From: an uncultured Bacilli bacterium
Lineage (GTDB): Bacteria > Bacillota_I > Bacilli_A > RF39 > UBA660
DNA: 64,000 nt
Assembly (NCBI GenBank): GCA_934096105.1
Contig: CAKOLH010000001.1
Span: 13,178-77,177, forward strand
Direction of reading: 5' to 3'
Position numbers and translations under genes: made by a program
Shown: piece by piece, positions 1-10,317 of the stretch
Numbering within the stretch: position 1 is the stretch's first letter
Layout of the letters: each line of letters opens with the position of its first letter
Notes under the pieces: model-generated
Databases searched by the model: none
What the model was told of the DNA's origin: nothing
What the model saw: the letters and a program-made list of their open reading frames with translations, nothing else

Positions 1-1
1 A

Positions 2-763
2 AATGGTGGACAAGGTTCTGCAAGAAATTACGGATTATCAAAGGCTAACGGAAAGTATATTGGTTATGTTGATTCGGATGACTTTGTTGAGCCACAAATG
101 TTTGAAAAGCTATATAAAAAAGCTGTAGATGATGACTTGGATATAGTTATATGTGGAAATTATAATGTTAGTGAAGATTATAAAAATAAAAAAATAGATT
201 TAGAGCATATTAATTATGAAGATAATAAGATTAATGCTTTGTTGGGAAAAAAAGCAGTATGGAATAAAATATATAAAAAATCTATTCTTGATGGCTTAAC
301 TTTTAGAAGCAAGGTATGGTATGAAGATTTTGATTTTTCTATTAATGTAATATGTAAGGCAAATAATATTGGGTATGTAAATGAACCTTTGTATGATTAT
401 TTAATAAGAGAGGGGTCAACGATGAATAATTCTAATGTTTTAAGAAATCTTGAAATTTTAGAAGCTTTTGATAGTATATTAAGAAGCCCAATATATGAAA
501 ATAATAAGGAAATTATAGAGTTTTTGGCTATCGATCATATATATATATCCGCTATTGTTAGAATAATTAGATCTGAAGCAGATAAAAAGATAAAATTAGA
601 AACTATTGATAAGTTACTATGTTATATGAATGATAATTTTCCAAATTTTAAAAGTAATAGTTACTTGTCACAATTAGATAAAAATAGAAAAATTATATAT
701 AAATTGTTATTAAAAAAGCAGTATGGTATTATTAATTTTATATTTAAAATAAAAAAGAGTTAA
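2..763 (+). CDS. Glycosyltransferase family 2, 5'-truncated by the window edge
   Basis: Frame 2 is open from base 2 (NGGQGSARNYGLSKANGKYIGYVDSDDFVEP, GT2 D-x-D region) and runs into the 98..763 ORF. First gene of a glycan cluster. Confidence 0.8.
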   Translation, partial: NGGQGSARNYGLSKANGKYIGYVDSDDFVEPQMFEKLYKKAVDDDLDIVICGNYNVSEDYKNKKIDLEHINYEDNKINALLGKKAVWNKIYKKSILDGLTFRSKVWYEDFDFSINVICKANNIGYVNEPLYDYLIREGSTMNNSNVLRNLEILEAFDSILRSPIYENNKEIIEFLAIDHIYISAIVRIIRSEADKKIKLETIDKLLCYMNDNFPNFKSNSYLSQLDKNRKIIYKLLLKKQYGIINFIFKIKKS

Positions 764-780
764 TGTTAGGGATGATATAA

Positions 781-3483
781 ATGAAAAAGAAAAATTATGA
801 TAAATATATTTTATTACTTAGTTTTTTACTTCCGTTCATGGATATTTATCGTTCAACAGTAGGTAACAAATTTCAATTATTTGGTTTTTCTTTTGTTGAA
901 TTATTTAATTTTTTATTTACTTTTATTTTGCTTATTTTGCTGTTTTTAAAAAGTAAGCAGGATAACAAAAAAATATTTTCTAAAAAAACAATTCCAATAA
1001 TAATTGTTTATGGAATATATATCCTTCTGCATATTCTGCATATTTTATCTTTTAAAGGCTTTATATATATTAACGAAAATATATCAATGATTGTAGAACT
1101 ATATTATATTATTAGGGCTTATATTTTACCTTTGATTGTTTTGTTTATATATATGAAATCTGATCTTAAAACGATAGATATAATGGATACTTTATCAAAA
1201 ATTAGTTTAATATTTAGTTTAATAATAGTTATTAGTAATGTTTTTAATTTTTCATATGTTGGATATTCTTCTAACTATGAAGGAAATGTTACTATAATAG
1301 GTAATATATTTAGCTGGTTCAATGGTATTAAGATTAATGATGTTGATTTATATACGTCAAAAGGATTATTTTATTCAACTAATCAACTTTCTGCTATATT
1401 AGGATCTTTGCTTTTTATATCTGCTTTTTATACATTATTAAAAAACGATTGTAAATATTATTTATCATTTTTAATAAAATTAATTGCAGCATTAATGTTA
1501 TCTACAAAGACAGCCTTCTTTGCTATTACTTTCTCTGTTTTATCGATATTTGCTTATGCGATGATAGAGTATATTTTTCATAAGAAAAAAGTATTAAAAA
1601 TAAGATGTTTGTTCTTTGTATTAGAATTTTGTTTTATATTATTTCTTTTTAGTTATTCACCTGTAAAATATAAAATGCAGGGATATATAACTAATATAAA
1701 TAATAATACGGATAATGATGTGTCTTCAGTGAATTCAGAATGTGATTATTTGATAGATGAGTTAAGTGATAAATATAATTTATCTCTAGATGCTATATTA
1801 AAAAAAGAAGATATTGATAATAGTGAAAAAGAGTATTTATCACTATGTATTGAAAAATGTCCTCAAAAGTTTAGTGTTCCTGAGACATACGTTGAGTTTT
1901 ATCCGGTTAAAGAGAACTTTGATTTTTGGTTTGATGCAATTAAACAAGATACTTCTTTTTTAACTAATTATAGAGGATTTAAAATGAGTATGTATGAGGA
2001 TATATTAAATAAGCATGATGACAAAATAGATAAATGGTTAGGAATAGGGTACTCTTCTAATTTCCCATATCTAGAGAGAGATTTTATTGGACAAGAAGTT
2101 TGGCTTGGAAAAATTGGTATGTTTTTGGTTACGATACCATTTGTTGCTATTTTTACATTTAGTTTAGTTTTATTACTTATACATTTTAAGAAAAAAATTA
2201 ATATATTTACTTGTTCATTTTTACTTGCTTCTGCTTATATGATTTTATCTTCTGTATTGGCAGGTCATGTTTTTGGAATGTTTCTTACTACTAGTATTTT
2301 GTCTTTATTGTTAGTTGGTCTATATAATGAAGTAAAACAAAATCAAATAAATATTAAAGATAATAAAATAAGTTTTTTGTTATTACATCTGGGTTATGGT
2401 GGCATAGAAAGTGCTACGATTAATACTGCGAATAGCTTATGTGATGAGTATGATATTGAGATTATGTCTTTTTATAAATTAAATAAGACACAAGCTAATA
2501 AGCTTAATGATAAAATTAATGTTAAATATTTATATAATGGTGGTCCAAATAAAGAAGAATTCTTGAATGCATTTCATAATCATAAAGTATTTAGTATATT
2601 AAAAGAGGGGATAAAATCTGCTAGTATATTAACCAAAAAGAAAATCAGAGTAATTAACTATATAAAAAATTGTGATAGTAAATATATGGTTTCTACTAGA
2701 TATGATTTTAGTGTTTTGCTTAGTAAATATGGTAACGATAATTCAGTTAAGATAGCGCAAGAACATCATTATCATAATAATAATAATAAATATATTAACG
2801 TATTAAAAAATAAATATTATAATATAGATTATCTATTTGCTCTTACTAAGACTTTAGAAGATGATTATAAAAAGTTTTTAATTAAGAATAAACATACTAA
2901 GGTGATTTTAGTACCTAATATGTTATATTATATACCAAGTAAACAAAGTAAACTAGATAAAAAGAATATTATAACTATAAGCAGATTAGATTATGGTAAA
3001 AGAAATGATGATATTATTAAAGCTTTTTCTAAAATAAAAGAAAAAGATTGGAAATTATATATCATTGGTGATGGTAAAGAATTTAATAATCTTAATAAGT
3101 TAATTAATGATTTGAATATGAATGAGAGAATTATACTAACTGGTTATAAAAATAAAGAAGAAATTGAAGAATATATGTTAAGGTCTAGTTTATTTTTAAT
3201 GGCTTCCGAAACTGAAGGTCTTCCAATGGTACTTTTAGAGGCTATGAGTTATGGTATACCTTGTATAGCTTATGAAGTTGCTAGTGGAGTTAATGATATA
3301 ATTGATAATAATGAAAATGGTTATATTATAAAAAATAGAAATGAAGATGAATATATAGAAAAAATCGAAAAAGTAATTAATGATTCTAAACTAAGAAATG
3401 AATTAGGAATAGAGGCTAAAAACAAAGCAAATGAATTTTCTAAAGAAAAAATAGTTAATATTTGGAAAAAAATTTTAAAATAA
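781..3483 (+). CDS. Fusion protein: N-terminal polytopic O-antigen ligase/polymerase-like membrane domain plus C-terminal GT4 (GT-B) glycosyltransferase
   Basis: About 520 aa of repeated hydrophobic helices with a roughly 130 aa soluble acidic loop. The C-terminal GT4 motif is ETEGLPMVLLEAMSYGIPCIAYEVASGVNDIIDNNENGYII. RBS agggatga lies before the ATG. Confidence 0.7.
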   Translation: MKKKNYDKYILLLSFLLPFMDIYRSTVGNKFQLFGFSFVELFNFLFTFILLILLFLKSKQDNKKIFSKKTIPIIIVYGIYILLHILHILSFKGFIYINENISMIVELYYIIRAYILPLIVLFIYMKSDLKTIDIMDTLSKISLIFSLIIVISNVFNFSYVGYSSNYEGNVTIIGNIFSWFNGIKINDVDLYTSKGLFYSTNQLSAILGSLLFISAFYTLLKNDCKYYLSFLIKLIAALMLSTKTAFFAITFSVLSIFAYAMIEYIFHKKKVLKIRCLFFVLEFCFILFLFSYSPVKYKMQGYITNINNNTDNDVSSVNSECDYLIDELSDKYNLSLDAILKKEDIDNSEKEYLSLCIEKCPQKFSVPETYVEFYPVKENFDFWFDAIKQDTSFLTNYRGFKMSMYEDILNKHDDKIDKWLGIGYSSNFPYLERDFIGQEVWLGKIGMFLVTIPFVAIFTFSLVLLLIHFKKKINIFTCSFLLASAYMILSSVLAGHVFGMFLTTSILSLLLVGLYNEVKQNQINIKDNKISFLLLHLGYGGIESATINTANSLCDEYDIEIMSFYKLNKTQANKLNDKINVKYLYNGGPNKEEFLNAFHNHKVFSILKEGIKSASILTKKKIRVINYIKNCDSKYMVSTRYDFSVLLSKYGNDNSVKIAQEHHYHNNNNKYINVLKNKYYNIDYLFALTKTLEDDYKKFLIKNKHTKVILVPNMLYYIPSKQSKLDKKNIITISRLDYGKRNDDIIKAFSKIKEKDWKLYIIGDGKEFNNLNKLINDLNMNERIILTGYKNKEEIEEYMLRSSLFLMASETEGLPMVLLEAMSYGIPCIAYEVASGVNDIIDNNENGYIIKNRNEDEYIEKIEKVINDSKLRNELGIEAKNKANEFSKEKIVNIWKKILK

Positions 3484-3542
3484 TATTAAAAAAAATATAT
3501 AATAATGGTATACTATTGTTATAGGAACTAAGAGGTGAATAG

Positions 3543-4253
3543 ATGAGAAAACTATTTGATAAATTATATAAAAAGAGTGCAAAATCTTTTTATGAAATTT
3601 TAAGTGATAATTTAAAAAATAATAAGAAAACATTTGTTGTTACCGCTAATCCTGAAACATTTATGATTAGTGAAAAAAATGAAGATGTAAGAAAAATGTT
3701 ATTAGATAAAGAAACGATTATGGTACCAGATGGTATAGGTGTATTGAAGGCTGGTAAAAAGATTGGGTATAACATTGAAGAGAGAATTACTGGAATAGAT
3801 ATTGCAAATGAATTATTAAAGTTTGGTAATGAACAAAAAAAGAGTATTTATTTATTTGGTTCTAAGCAAGAAGTTATTGATTCAATGAAAATAGTTATTA
3901 AAGAACAATATCCTAATTTAAAATTAGTTGGTACTTCTAATGGGTATGTTACTGATAAAGATAAGGTATTTGATGAAATTGTAAAGCTTGAGCCTGATAT
4001 AGTTCTTGTAGCACTTGGTATTCCACTTCAAGAAATGTTAATATATAAACATTTAAATAGATTTAAAAAAGGTATCTTTGTTGGTGTTGGTGGCTCTTTT
4101 GATGTAATGAGTGGCATGAAAAAAAGAGCACCTAAAATATTTATTAAATTAAATCTAGAATGGTTATATAGAATTATGAAGGAGCCAAAAAGATTAAAAA
4201 GATTTTATGATAGCAACGTTAAGTTTTTATTTAGAATAAAAAAGTATAGGTGA
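3543..4253 (+). CDS. tagA: WecB/TagA/CpsF-family glycosyltransferase (N-acetylmannosaminyltransferase-like)
   Basis: Motifs TANPETFM, VPDGIGV, LGIPLQE, GVGGSFDV..KRAP, LEWLYR..EPKRLKR. RBS gaggtg. Confidence 0.8.
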   Translation: MRKLFDKLYKKSAKSFYEILSDNLKNNKKTFVVTANPETFMISEKNEDVRKMLLDKETIMVPDGIGVLKAGKKIGYNIEERITGIDIANELLKFGNEQKKSIYLFGSKQEVIDSMKIVIKEQYPNLKLVGTSNGYVTDKDKVFDEIVKLEPDIVLVALGIPLQEMLIYKHLNRFKKGIFVGVGGSFDVMSGMKKRAPKIFIKLNLEWLYRIMKEPKRLKRFYDSNVKFLFRIKKYR

Positions 4254-4260
4254 GTTAGAT

Positions 4261-5586
4261 ATGCAGAAAAATAAGATAAAGTCTTTGTTTTTAGATAATT
4301 GGTGCATTTTGGCTGTGTTAATTATATCATTAATATTACATATTTTGGCTTTAAAAGAATTAGGATTTAATTATTCCTTAAATAGTGATGATGCTGATTA
4401 TATAAAAAGTGGTATAGTATTTTTACAAACTGGTAAAATAACCATGCATGATGTATTGTCTGCGCAAATAATGCCTGGCATGACATTTTTGATTGCATTT
4501 ATAGCACTAATATTTGGAGTTGGCTCAAAGCTTATAATTTCTCTTAAAATATTATGGCTAATTATGGGATTATTAACGGTTTATATTGTTTATAAAACTA
4601 TTAGACTATATTCTAATCAATATATTGCTGCTATTTCATGCTTGTTTTTTCTTGCTGCTGATTATATTTGGATGGATAATTTAATTCTAACCGAAACACC
4701 ATATATTTTGTTATTTTCTTTGCTTATATATCACACATTAAGATTATCTATAAAAGCAAATAAAAAAGATTATATTTTAATAGTGATTTATTATATATTG
4801 GCAGTATTTATACGTCCAACTATAGGTATATTTCCTATTTTTCTGTTTATTTTCTTAATATTAAAGAAATATAATTTTAAGCTTTTAATTAGACAATGTA
4901 TAATTGCTGGAATTATTTTATTATTATGTTTAATACCTTGGACATATAGAAATTATAAAGTGTTTGATCATTTTATTCCATTAACATATGGTACTGGTAA
5001 TCCATTACTTTTAGGAACATATCAGGGAAGTGGTTATCCTACAGATGAAGAATTAGATTATGTGAAAAATGTTGATGAAAAAATGCCTGCTGAAATGAAA
5101 TATTATTTACATAATCCTAATAAAAAAGATTATATGACAAAGTATTATTCATTAGAATATGATGGTTTGAAAGCTAAATATAGAATGCACGAATGGTGGA
5201 ATAAAGATAAGATTTCTATGCTTAAATCATATTTAATTTATAAGCCATTACAAAACTTTGATAATTACTTTTATTGGGATACTATTATGGGAATAAGTGG
5301 TAGTCAATTAAATGTAGTAAGAAAAATTGAAATAGTATTATTTGTTATTAGTTCAATACTTATTTTTATAAATAAAAAGAGAATTAAAGAGTGGTTGTTT
5401 TTAATATTAACATATGGTTCTCAAATAGCTATATATTCTTATACATTTGCTTTTAGTAGATATGCTATAAGTATGTTCTTTATAAGATATATAATTATTG
5501 GTATTGGCATTTTGAGTTTTTATGAAATATATAAAAGTAGAAGAGGTAAAAGAAATGAAAGTATTAATGATAATTCCAGCATATAA
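4261..5586 (+). CDS. GT-C fold membrane glycosyltransferase (ArnT/PMT, GT39/83-like)
   Basis: Polytopic membrane protein with an acidic first-loop motif (NSDDADYIKSG). Lies next to a polyprenyl-phosphate GT2 gene and a small flippase-like gene. Confidence 0.6.
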   Translation: MQKNKIKSLFLDNWCILAVLIISLILHILALKELGFNYSLNSDDADYIKSGIVFLQTGKITMHDVLSAQIMPGMTFLIAFIALIFGVGSKLIISLKILWLIMGLLTVYIVYKTIRLYSNQYIAAISCLFFLAADYIWMDNLILTETPYILLFSLLIYHTLRLSIKANKKDYILIVIYYILAVFIRPTIGIFPIFLFIFLILKKYNFKLLIRQCIIAGIILLLCLIPWTYRNYKVFDHFIPLTYGTGNPLLLGTYQGSGYPTDEELDYVKNVDEKMPAEMKYYLHNPNKKDYMTKYYSLEYDGLKAKYRMHEWWNKDKISMLKSYLIYKPLQNFDNYFYWDTIMGISGSQLNVVRKIEIVLFVISSILIFINKKRIKEWLFLILTYGSQIAIYSYTFAFSRYAISMFFIRYIIIGIGILSFYEIYKSRRGKRNESINDNSSI

Positions 5587-6268
5587 TGAAGAGTTAAACA
5601 TAGAAAATACAATAAATAAAATAAAAAAATATAAGAAGAAATCCTCTAATGAAATAGACTATATTATAATTAATGATGGCAGTAAAGATAATACTGGTGA
5701 AATATGTTTAAAAAACAATTATAATGTTATTAATTTAGTACATAACCTGGGTATTGGTGGTGCCGTACAAACAGGATATAAATATGCACTAAAAAAAGAT
5801 TATGATATAGCTATTCAATTTGATGGTGATGGACAACATGATGAAAATTATATAGATAACTTGGTAGAAGAAATAAAAAATGGAAATAATTTTGTTATTG
5901 GTTCTAGATTTGTGAGTGAATTAAGTAAGTTTAAGTCTACTGGTACTAGAAGAATGGGAATTAAAATATTGTCTTTCTTAATTAAATTATGTACTGGCAA
6001 AAAGATATACGATCCCACTAGTGGATTTAGAGCAGGAGATAAAAAGGTTATTAAATTGTTTGCTGATCACTATCCAACGGAGTATCCTGAACCAGAATCA
6101 ACGGTAGAACTTATAAGTAAAGGATTTAAAGTTAAAGAAATACCTGTTGAAATGCATGAAAGGGAATTTGGTAGTTCTTCAATAAAACCATTAAAGAGTA
6201 TTTATTATATGTTTAGTGTATCAATATCAATAGTAATAGCTAGTGTAAGTGGGGAGATGAAAAAATGA
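5555..6268 (+). CDS. GT2 polyprenyl-phosphate sugar synthase (GtrB/CsbB/DPM1-like)
   Basis: MKVLMIIPAYNEE, IIINDGSKDNT, FDGDGQHD. The ATG at 5555 follows RBS agaggt; the track start at 5522 lies inside the upstream gene. Confidence 0.8.
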   Translation: MKVLMIIPAYNEELNIENTINKIKKYKKKSSNEIDYIIINDGSKDNTGEICLKNNYNVINLVHNLGIGGAVQTGYKYALKKDYDIAIQFDGDGQHDENYIDNLVEEIKNGNNFVIGSRFVSELSKFKSTGTRRMGIKILSFLIKLCTGKKIYDPTSGFRAGDKKVIKLFADHYPTEYPEPESTVELISKGFKVKEIPVEMHEREFGSSSIKPLKSIYYMFSVSISIVIASVSGEMKK

Positions 6269-6618
6269 ATATTGTATTGAAAATATCTTTATTATTACTA
6301 TTAGTATTTCAATTATTTTTAATAATTAGAACTGTAAAGAAAAAAAGACTTACAATGAAGTATGCTAGTTTTTGGATACTTTTAATTATATTGATGACAA
6401 TTGTTGTTATATTTCCGGAAATTGTTTTTAAAATTTCAAAACTTGCCGGTTTTGAGGAACCATCGAATATGGTATTCTTACTTGGATTTTTCTTCCTATT
6501 TTATGTTTCGTTTATTATTACTACAAGTATATCAATTCAAAATGAAAAAACTAAATTGTTAATACAAGAAATATCTATGTTAAAGGAAAGTGTAAATAAA
6601 AATGGAAAGAAGGATTAG
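6265..6618 (+). CDS. DUF2304-like small membrane protein, commonly paired with GtrB-like GT2 genes
   Basis: Sequence pattern IRTVKKKRLTMKYASFWILL...EEPSNMVFLLGFFF...EISMLKE. ATGA start/stop overlap with the GT2 gene. Confidence 0.65.
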   Translation: MNIVLKISLLLLLVFQLFLIIRTVKKKRLTMKYASFWILLIILMTIVVIFPEIVFKISKLAGFEEPSNMVFLLGFFFLFYVSFIITTSISIQNEKTKLLIQEISMLKESVNKNGKKD

Positions 6619-6619
6619 T

Positions 6620-6976
6620 ATGAAATTAATAATTATGTTTGCTTGTTATGTGCTTTTGGCTTCTTCAGGTTTGATTCTTTTTAAACTTGGTAGTGCTAAT
6701 AGTAATTTAACATTATCTTTATTTGGAATTAAAATAAATTATTCAATTAAAATGCTTTTGGGGTTATTATGCTATGGCTGTAGTTTTATACTATGGATGT
6801 TAATAGTTAGCAAAAGTAATTTAACTATTGCTATGCCACTTTCCGTTGCTTTAGTTAATACTTTGGTTGTAATTGAATCTTGTTTATTATTAAAAGAAAA
6901 AATAACACTTACTCAAGGAATTGGTATATTTGTAGTAATAGTTGGTGTCTGCATTATGACATTTGGAAGGAAATAA
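6620..6976 (+). CDS. Small 4-TM SMR/EamA-like protein (ArnE/ArnF or GtrA-like lipid-linked sugar flippase candidate)
   Basis: About 118 aa with four hydrophobic helices. The ATG at 6620 (MKLIIMF) is more plausible than 6602. Assignment rests on operon context. Confidence 0.55.
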   Translation: MKLIIMFACYVLLASSGLILFKLGSANSNLTLSLFGIKINYSIKMLLGLLCYGCSFILWMLIVSKSNLTIAMPLSVALVNTLVVIESCLLLKEKITLTQGIGIFVVIVGVCIMTFGRK

Positions 6977-6979
6977 TTA

Positions 6980-8080
6980 ATGATTAAAGTTATGACAATA
7001 TTTGGAACAAGACCGGAAGCTATTAAGATGGCACCTCTTGTTAAAGAATTAGAAAAAAGAAAAGAAATTGAAAGTATAGTATGTGTTACTGCTCAGCATA
7101 GAGAGATGTTAGATCAAGTACTTGATGTGTTTGATATTAATCCTGATTATGATTTAAATATTATGAAACAAGGCCAAACTCTTAGTGAAATTACTTCTAG
7201 AGTACTTATGGGACTTGAAGAAGTAATAGAAAAAGAAAAACCTAATATTGTACTTGTTCATGGTGATACTACTACAACTTTTGCTGGTGCATTAGCAGCC
7301 TTTTACAATCAAGTAGATATAGGACATGTTGAAGCTGGTCTTAGAACTTGGAATAAGTATTCACCATTTCCTGAAGAAATGAATAGACAAATGGTAGATA
7401 GAATGTGTGATATGTATTTTGCTCCTACTGATGTAAGTAAACATAATTTGTTAGAAGAAAATATATCAGAAGATAAAATATATGTTACTGGTAATACTGC
7501 TATTGATGCTATGAAAACAACTGTAAAGAAAGACTATAATAATGAAATATTTGATTGGATAGGCAATGATAGAATGATATTACTTACTGCTCATAGAAGA
7601 GAAAATCTTGGTGAACCTATGAGAAATATATTTAAAGCTGTAAGAAGAATAGTGAGTGAATATCCTGATGTTAAAGTGGTATATCCAATACATTTAAATC
7701 CTAAAGTTAGAGAAATTGCTAATGAAATATTTAAGGATACTGATAGAGTAAGATTAATAGAACCTTTAGAAGTGTTTGATTTCCATAATTTTCAAAATAA
7801 GAGTTATATTATCCTTACTGATTCTGGTGGTATTCAAGAAGAAGCTCCTTCACTTGGTAAACCTGTTCTTGTGCTTAGGGATACTACTGAAAGACCGGAA
7901 GGTATTGCTGCAGGTACTTTGAAATTAGTAGGTACTTCAGAAGATGCTATTTATAATGAAACTAAAAAGTTGTTAGATGATAAGAATGAATATAATAAAA
8001 TGAGTAGAGCATCTAATCCTTATGGAGATGGCTTTGCTAGTAAATATATAGTTGATGCTATTATAGATAAATATAAGTAG
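6980..8080 (+). CDS. mnaA: UDP-N-acetylglucosamine 2-epimerase (non-hydrolysing)
   Basis: FGTRPEAIKMAPL, VTAQHREMLDQVL, VHGDTTT, HVEAGLRT, TDSGGIQEEAPSLGKPVLVLRDTTERPE. Confidence 0.92.
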   Translation: MIKVMTIFGTRPEAIKMAPLVKELEKRKEIESIVCVTAQHREMLDQVLDVFDINPDYDLNIMKQGQTLSEITSRVLMGLEEVIEKEKPNIVLVHGDTTTTFAGALAAFYNQVDIGHVEAGLRTWNKYSPFPEEMNRQMVDRMCDMYFAPTDVSKHNLLEENISEDKIYVTGNTAIDAMKTTVKKDYNNEIFDWIGNDRMILLTAHRRENLGEPMRNIFKAVRRIVSEYPDVKVVYPIHLNPKVREIANEIFKDTDRVRLIEPLEVFDFHNFQNKSYIILTDSGGIQEEAPSLGKPVLVLRDTTERPEGIAAGTLKLVGTSEDAIYNETKKLLDDKNEYNKMSRASNPYGDGFASKYIVDAIIDKYK

Positions 8081-8090
8081 GAGGATGTTT

Positions 8091-9092
8091 ATGAAAATAT
8101 TAGTTACTGGTGGTACTGGTTATATTGGTAGTCATACTGCTGTTGAACTTCTTAATAATAATTATGAAGTTGTTATTATTGATAATTTATCTAATTCTAA
8201 AAGAGAAGTAGTAGATAAAATTAAAAAAATTACAGGAAAAGATGTTATTTTTTATGAGGGTGATGTATGTGATAAAAAACTATTAGAAGAGATATTTAAT
8301 GATAATAAGATTGATGCTGTAATTCATTTTGCTGGATATAAGGCTGTAGGTGAATCGGTAAAGAAACCTCTTATGTATTATAGAAATAATATCGATAGTA
8401 CACTTACTTTATGTGAAGTAATGAATGAACATAATGTTAAAAATATAGTATTTTCTTCAAGTGCTACAGTATATGGTACTCCGAAGAGTTTACCTATTAA
8501 AGAAAACTTTGATGTTACTCATGCTACTAATCCTTATGGTGAAACTAAAATTATGATTGAAAGAATATTAAATGACTTATATGTTTCTGATAATACTTGG
8601 AATATTGCTTTACTTAGATATTTTAATCCAATTGGAGCACATAAGAGTGGTTTAATAGGAGAAAATCCTAATGATATTCCTAATAATTTAATGCCTTATA
8701 TAGTTAAAGTGGCTAATAAAGAATTAAAAGAATTATCTGTATTTGGTAATGATTATGATACTATAGATGGTACAGGTGTTAGAGATTATATTCATGTTGT
8801 TGATTTAGCTAAAGGCCATATTAAGGCACTTAAATGGGTACTTAATAATAATGGTATTGATGCATTTAATCTAGGTACTGGTTATGGTTATAGTGTATTA
8901 GAACTTGTTGAAGCTTTTAAGAAATTTAATAATATTGATGTTCCATATAAAATAGTTGGTAGAAGAGATGGAGATATAGCATCCTGCTATGCTGATGCTA
9001 GTAAGGCTAAAGATGTACTAGATTGGTCTTGTACTTATAATATTGAAGATATGGTAAAAGATTCATATAATTATGTTAAGAATAGTAAATAG
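8091..9092 (+). CDS. galE: UDP-glucose 4-epimerase
   Basis: MKILVTGGTGYIGSH, SSSATVYG, NPYGETK, LRYFNP. RBS aggagg at 8078-8083. Confidence 0.92.
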   Translation: MKILVTGGTGYIGSHTAVELLNNNYEVVIIDNLSNSKREVVDKIKKITGKDVIFYEGDVCDKKLLEEIFNDNKIDAVIHFAGYKAVGESVKKPLMYYRNNIDSTLTLCEVMNEHNVKNIVFSSSATVYGTPKSLPIKENFDVTHATNPYGETKIMIERILNDLYVSDNTWNIALLRYFNPIGAHKSGLIGENPNDIPNNLMPYIVKVANKELKELSVFGNDYDTIDGTGVRDYIHVVDLAKGHIKALKWVLNNNGIDAFNLGTGYGYSVLELVEAFKKFNNIDVPYKIVGRRDGDIASCYADASKAKDVLDWSCTYNIEDMVKDSYNYVKNSK

Positions 9093-9180
9093 GCTATTCT
9101 TTTTTTGTTCTTTTATTGATTAAAATATAAATATATTATATAATATAGATGTAATTTGATTTAAGGAGTTGTATATTATT

Positions 9181-10257
9181 ATGGATATAAAAAGAGTTTT
9201 ACTAATGGTAGGAACAACATTTTTATTTACCGCTTTATTTGTTCCTGTTGTAAAAAAGATGGCTAATTTTATTGGGGCACTTGATATGCCTAATGAAAGA
9301 AAAGTACATAAGGTACCTATTCCTAGATTAGGTGGTCTTGGTATATATGCTGGTTTTTTACTTGGCTATATGTTATTTGGTATTCATTCGGTACAAATGA
9401 ATGCAATACTTATTGGTAGTTTTATAATATTGGTTACTGGTATATTTGATGATATAAAACCAGTGCCCGCTAAATGGAAGTTACTTGCTCAAACAGTAGG
9501 AGCTTCAATAATACCATTATATGGTGGTATATTATTAAAGGATATTTCAGCATTTGGATTATATTTGAATTTTGGAATACTTGCATATCCTATAACAATA
9601 ATATTTATTGTAGCTATTATTAACTGTATTAATTTAATTGATGGCTTGGATGGTTTATCTTCTGGTATTGCTAGTATATATTTCTTAACTATTGGTATAA
9701 TAGCAATGCTTCTTAATAATTCTAATGGTCTTGATATTATATTAACATTTATAATGCTTGGTAGTACACTTGGATTTTTAGTACATAATTTTAATCCAGC
9801 AAAAATATTTATGGGAGATTCTGGTAGTATGTTTTTAGGCTATATAATTGCGGTTATTGCATTGTTAGGATTTAAAAATGTAACTTTGACTTCATTTATT
9901 ATACCTATACTTTTACTTGCTATTCCTATACTTGATACTTTATTTGCGATTCTTCGAAGACTTATTAATCATAAGCCACTTGGAGAACCTGATAAAAACC
10001 ATTTACATCATCAATTGTTAAGATTAAAGTTATCTCAAAAAAAGACAGTAATTATAATATATGTAGTTGATTTACTATTTGCTTCAGCTTCTATTGTATA
10101 TGCTGTTGGTAACAGTATGCTTGGTAGCAATATTTATGGTATGGTTATATATGCTATATTATTTGTATTAATTTTATTACTAATATTAAAAACTAATATA
10201 ATATGGAATCATGATAAAAAGAAAGAAAAAACAAAAGAAGAAACTAAAGAAAAATAG
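9181..10257 (+). CDS. tagO: MraY/WecA-family UDP-GlcNAc:undecaprenyl-phosphate GlcNAc-1-P transferase
   Basis: PNERKVHKVPIPRLGG, FDDIKP, NLIDGLDGL, VHNFNPAKIFMGDSGS. RBS aaggag at 9163-9168. Confidence 0.88.
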   Translation: MDIKRVLLMVGTTFLFTALFVPVVKKMANFIGALDMPNERKVHKVPIPRLGGLGIYAGFLLGYMLFGIHSVQMNAILIGSFIILVTGIFDDIKPVPAKWKLLAQTVGASIIPLYGGILLKDISAFGLYLNFGILAYPITIIFIVAIINCINLIDGLDGLSSGIASIYFLTIGIIAMLLNNSNGLDIILTFIMLGSTLGFLVHNFNPAKIFMGDSGSMFLGYIIAVIALLGFKNVTLTSFIIPILLLAIPILDTLFAILRRLINHKPLGEPDKNHLHHQLLRLKLSQKKTVIIIYVVDLLFASASIVYAVGNSMLGSNIYGMVIYAILFVLILLLILKTNIIWNHDKKKEKTKEETKEK

Positions 10258-10317
10258 TTTCTTCTTTTGTTAATAAAAAGACTAGGTAATAAATAATGTT
10301 TTTGTCCTGAACTCTCT

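Noticed and set aside
3590-3775. Short antisense or alternative-frame ORFs inside confident genes. These include 3590-3775, 5407-5601, 13861-14151, 16560-16781, 17296-17493, 17785-17997, 17855-18043, 18194-18379, 19000-19221, 27018-27224, 28383-28664 and 29365-29580. Also 34334-34546, 34935-35123, 50892-51098, 56305-56505, 57624-57869, 58463-58726, 59212-59502, 59363-59575, 60629-60853, 61618-61902 and 62441-62638.
   Set aside because: All are embedded in longer ORFs that carry recognisable protein motifs. They have Leu/Ile/Phe/Ser-rich, low-complexity translations of the kind expected from AT-rich shadow frames, and they lack RBSs.
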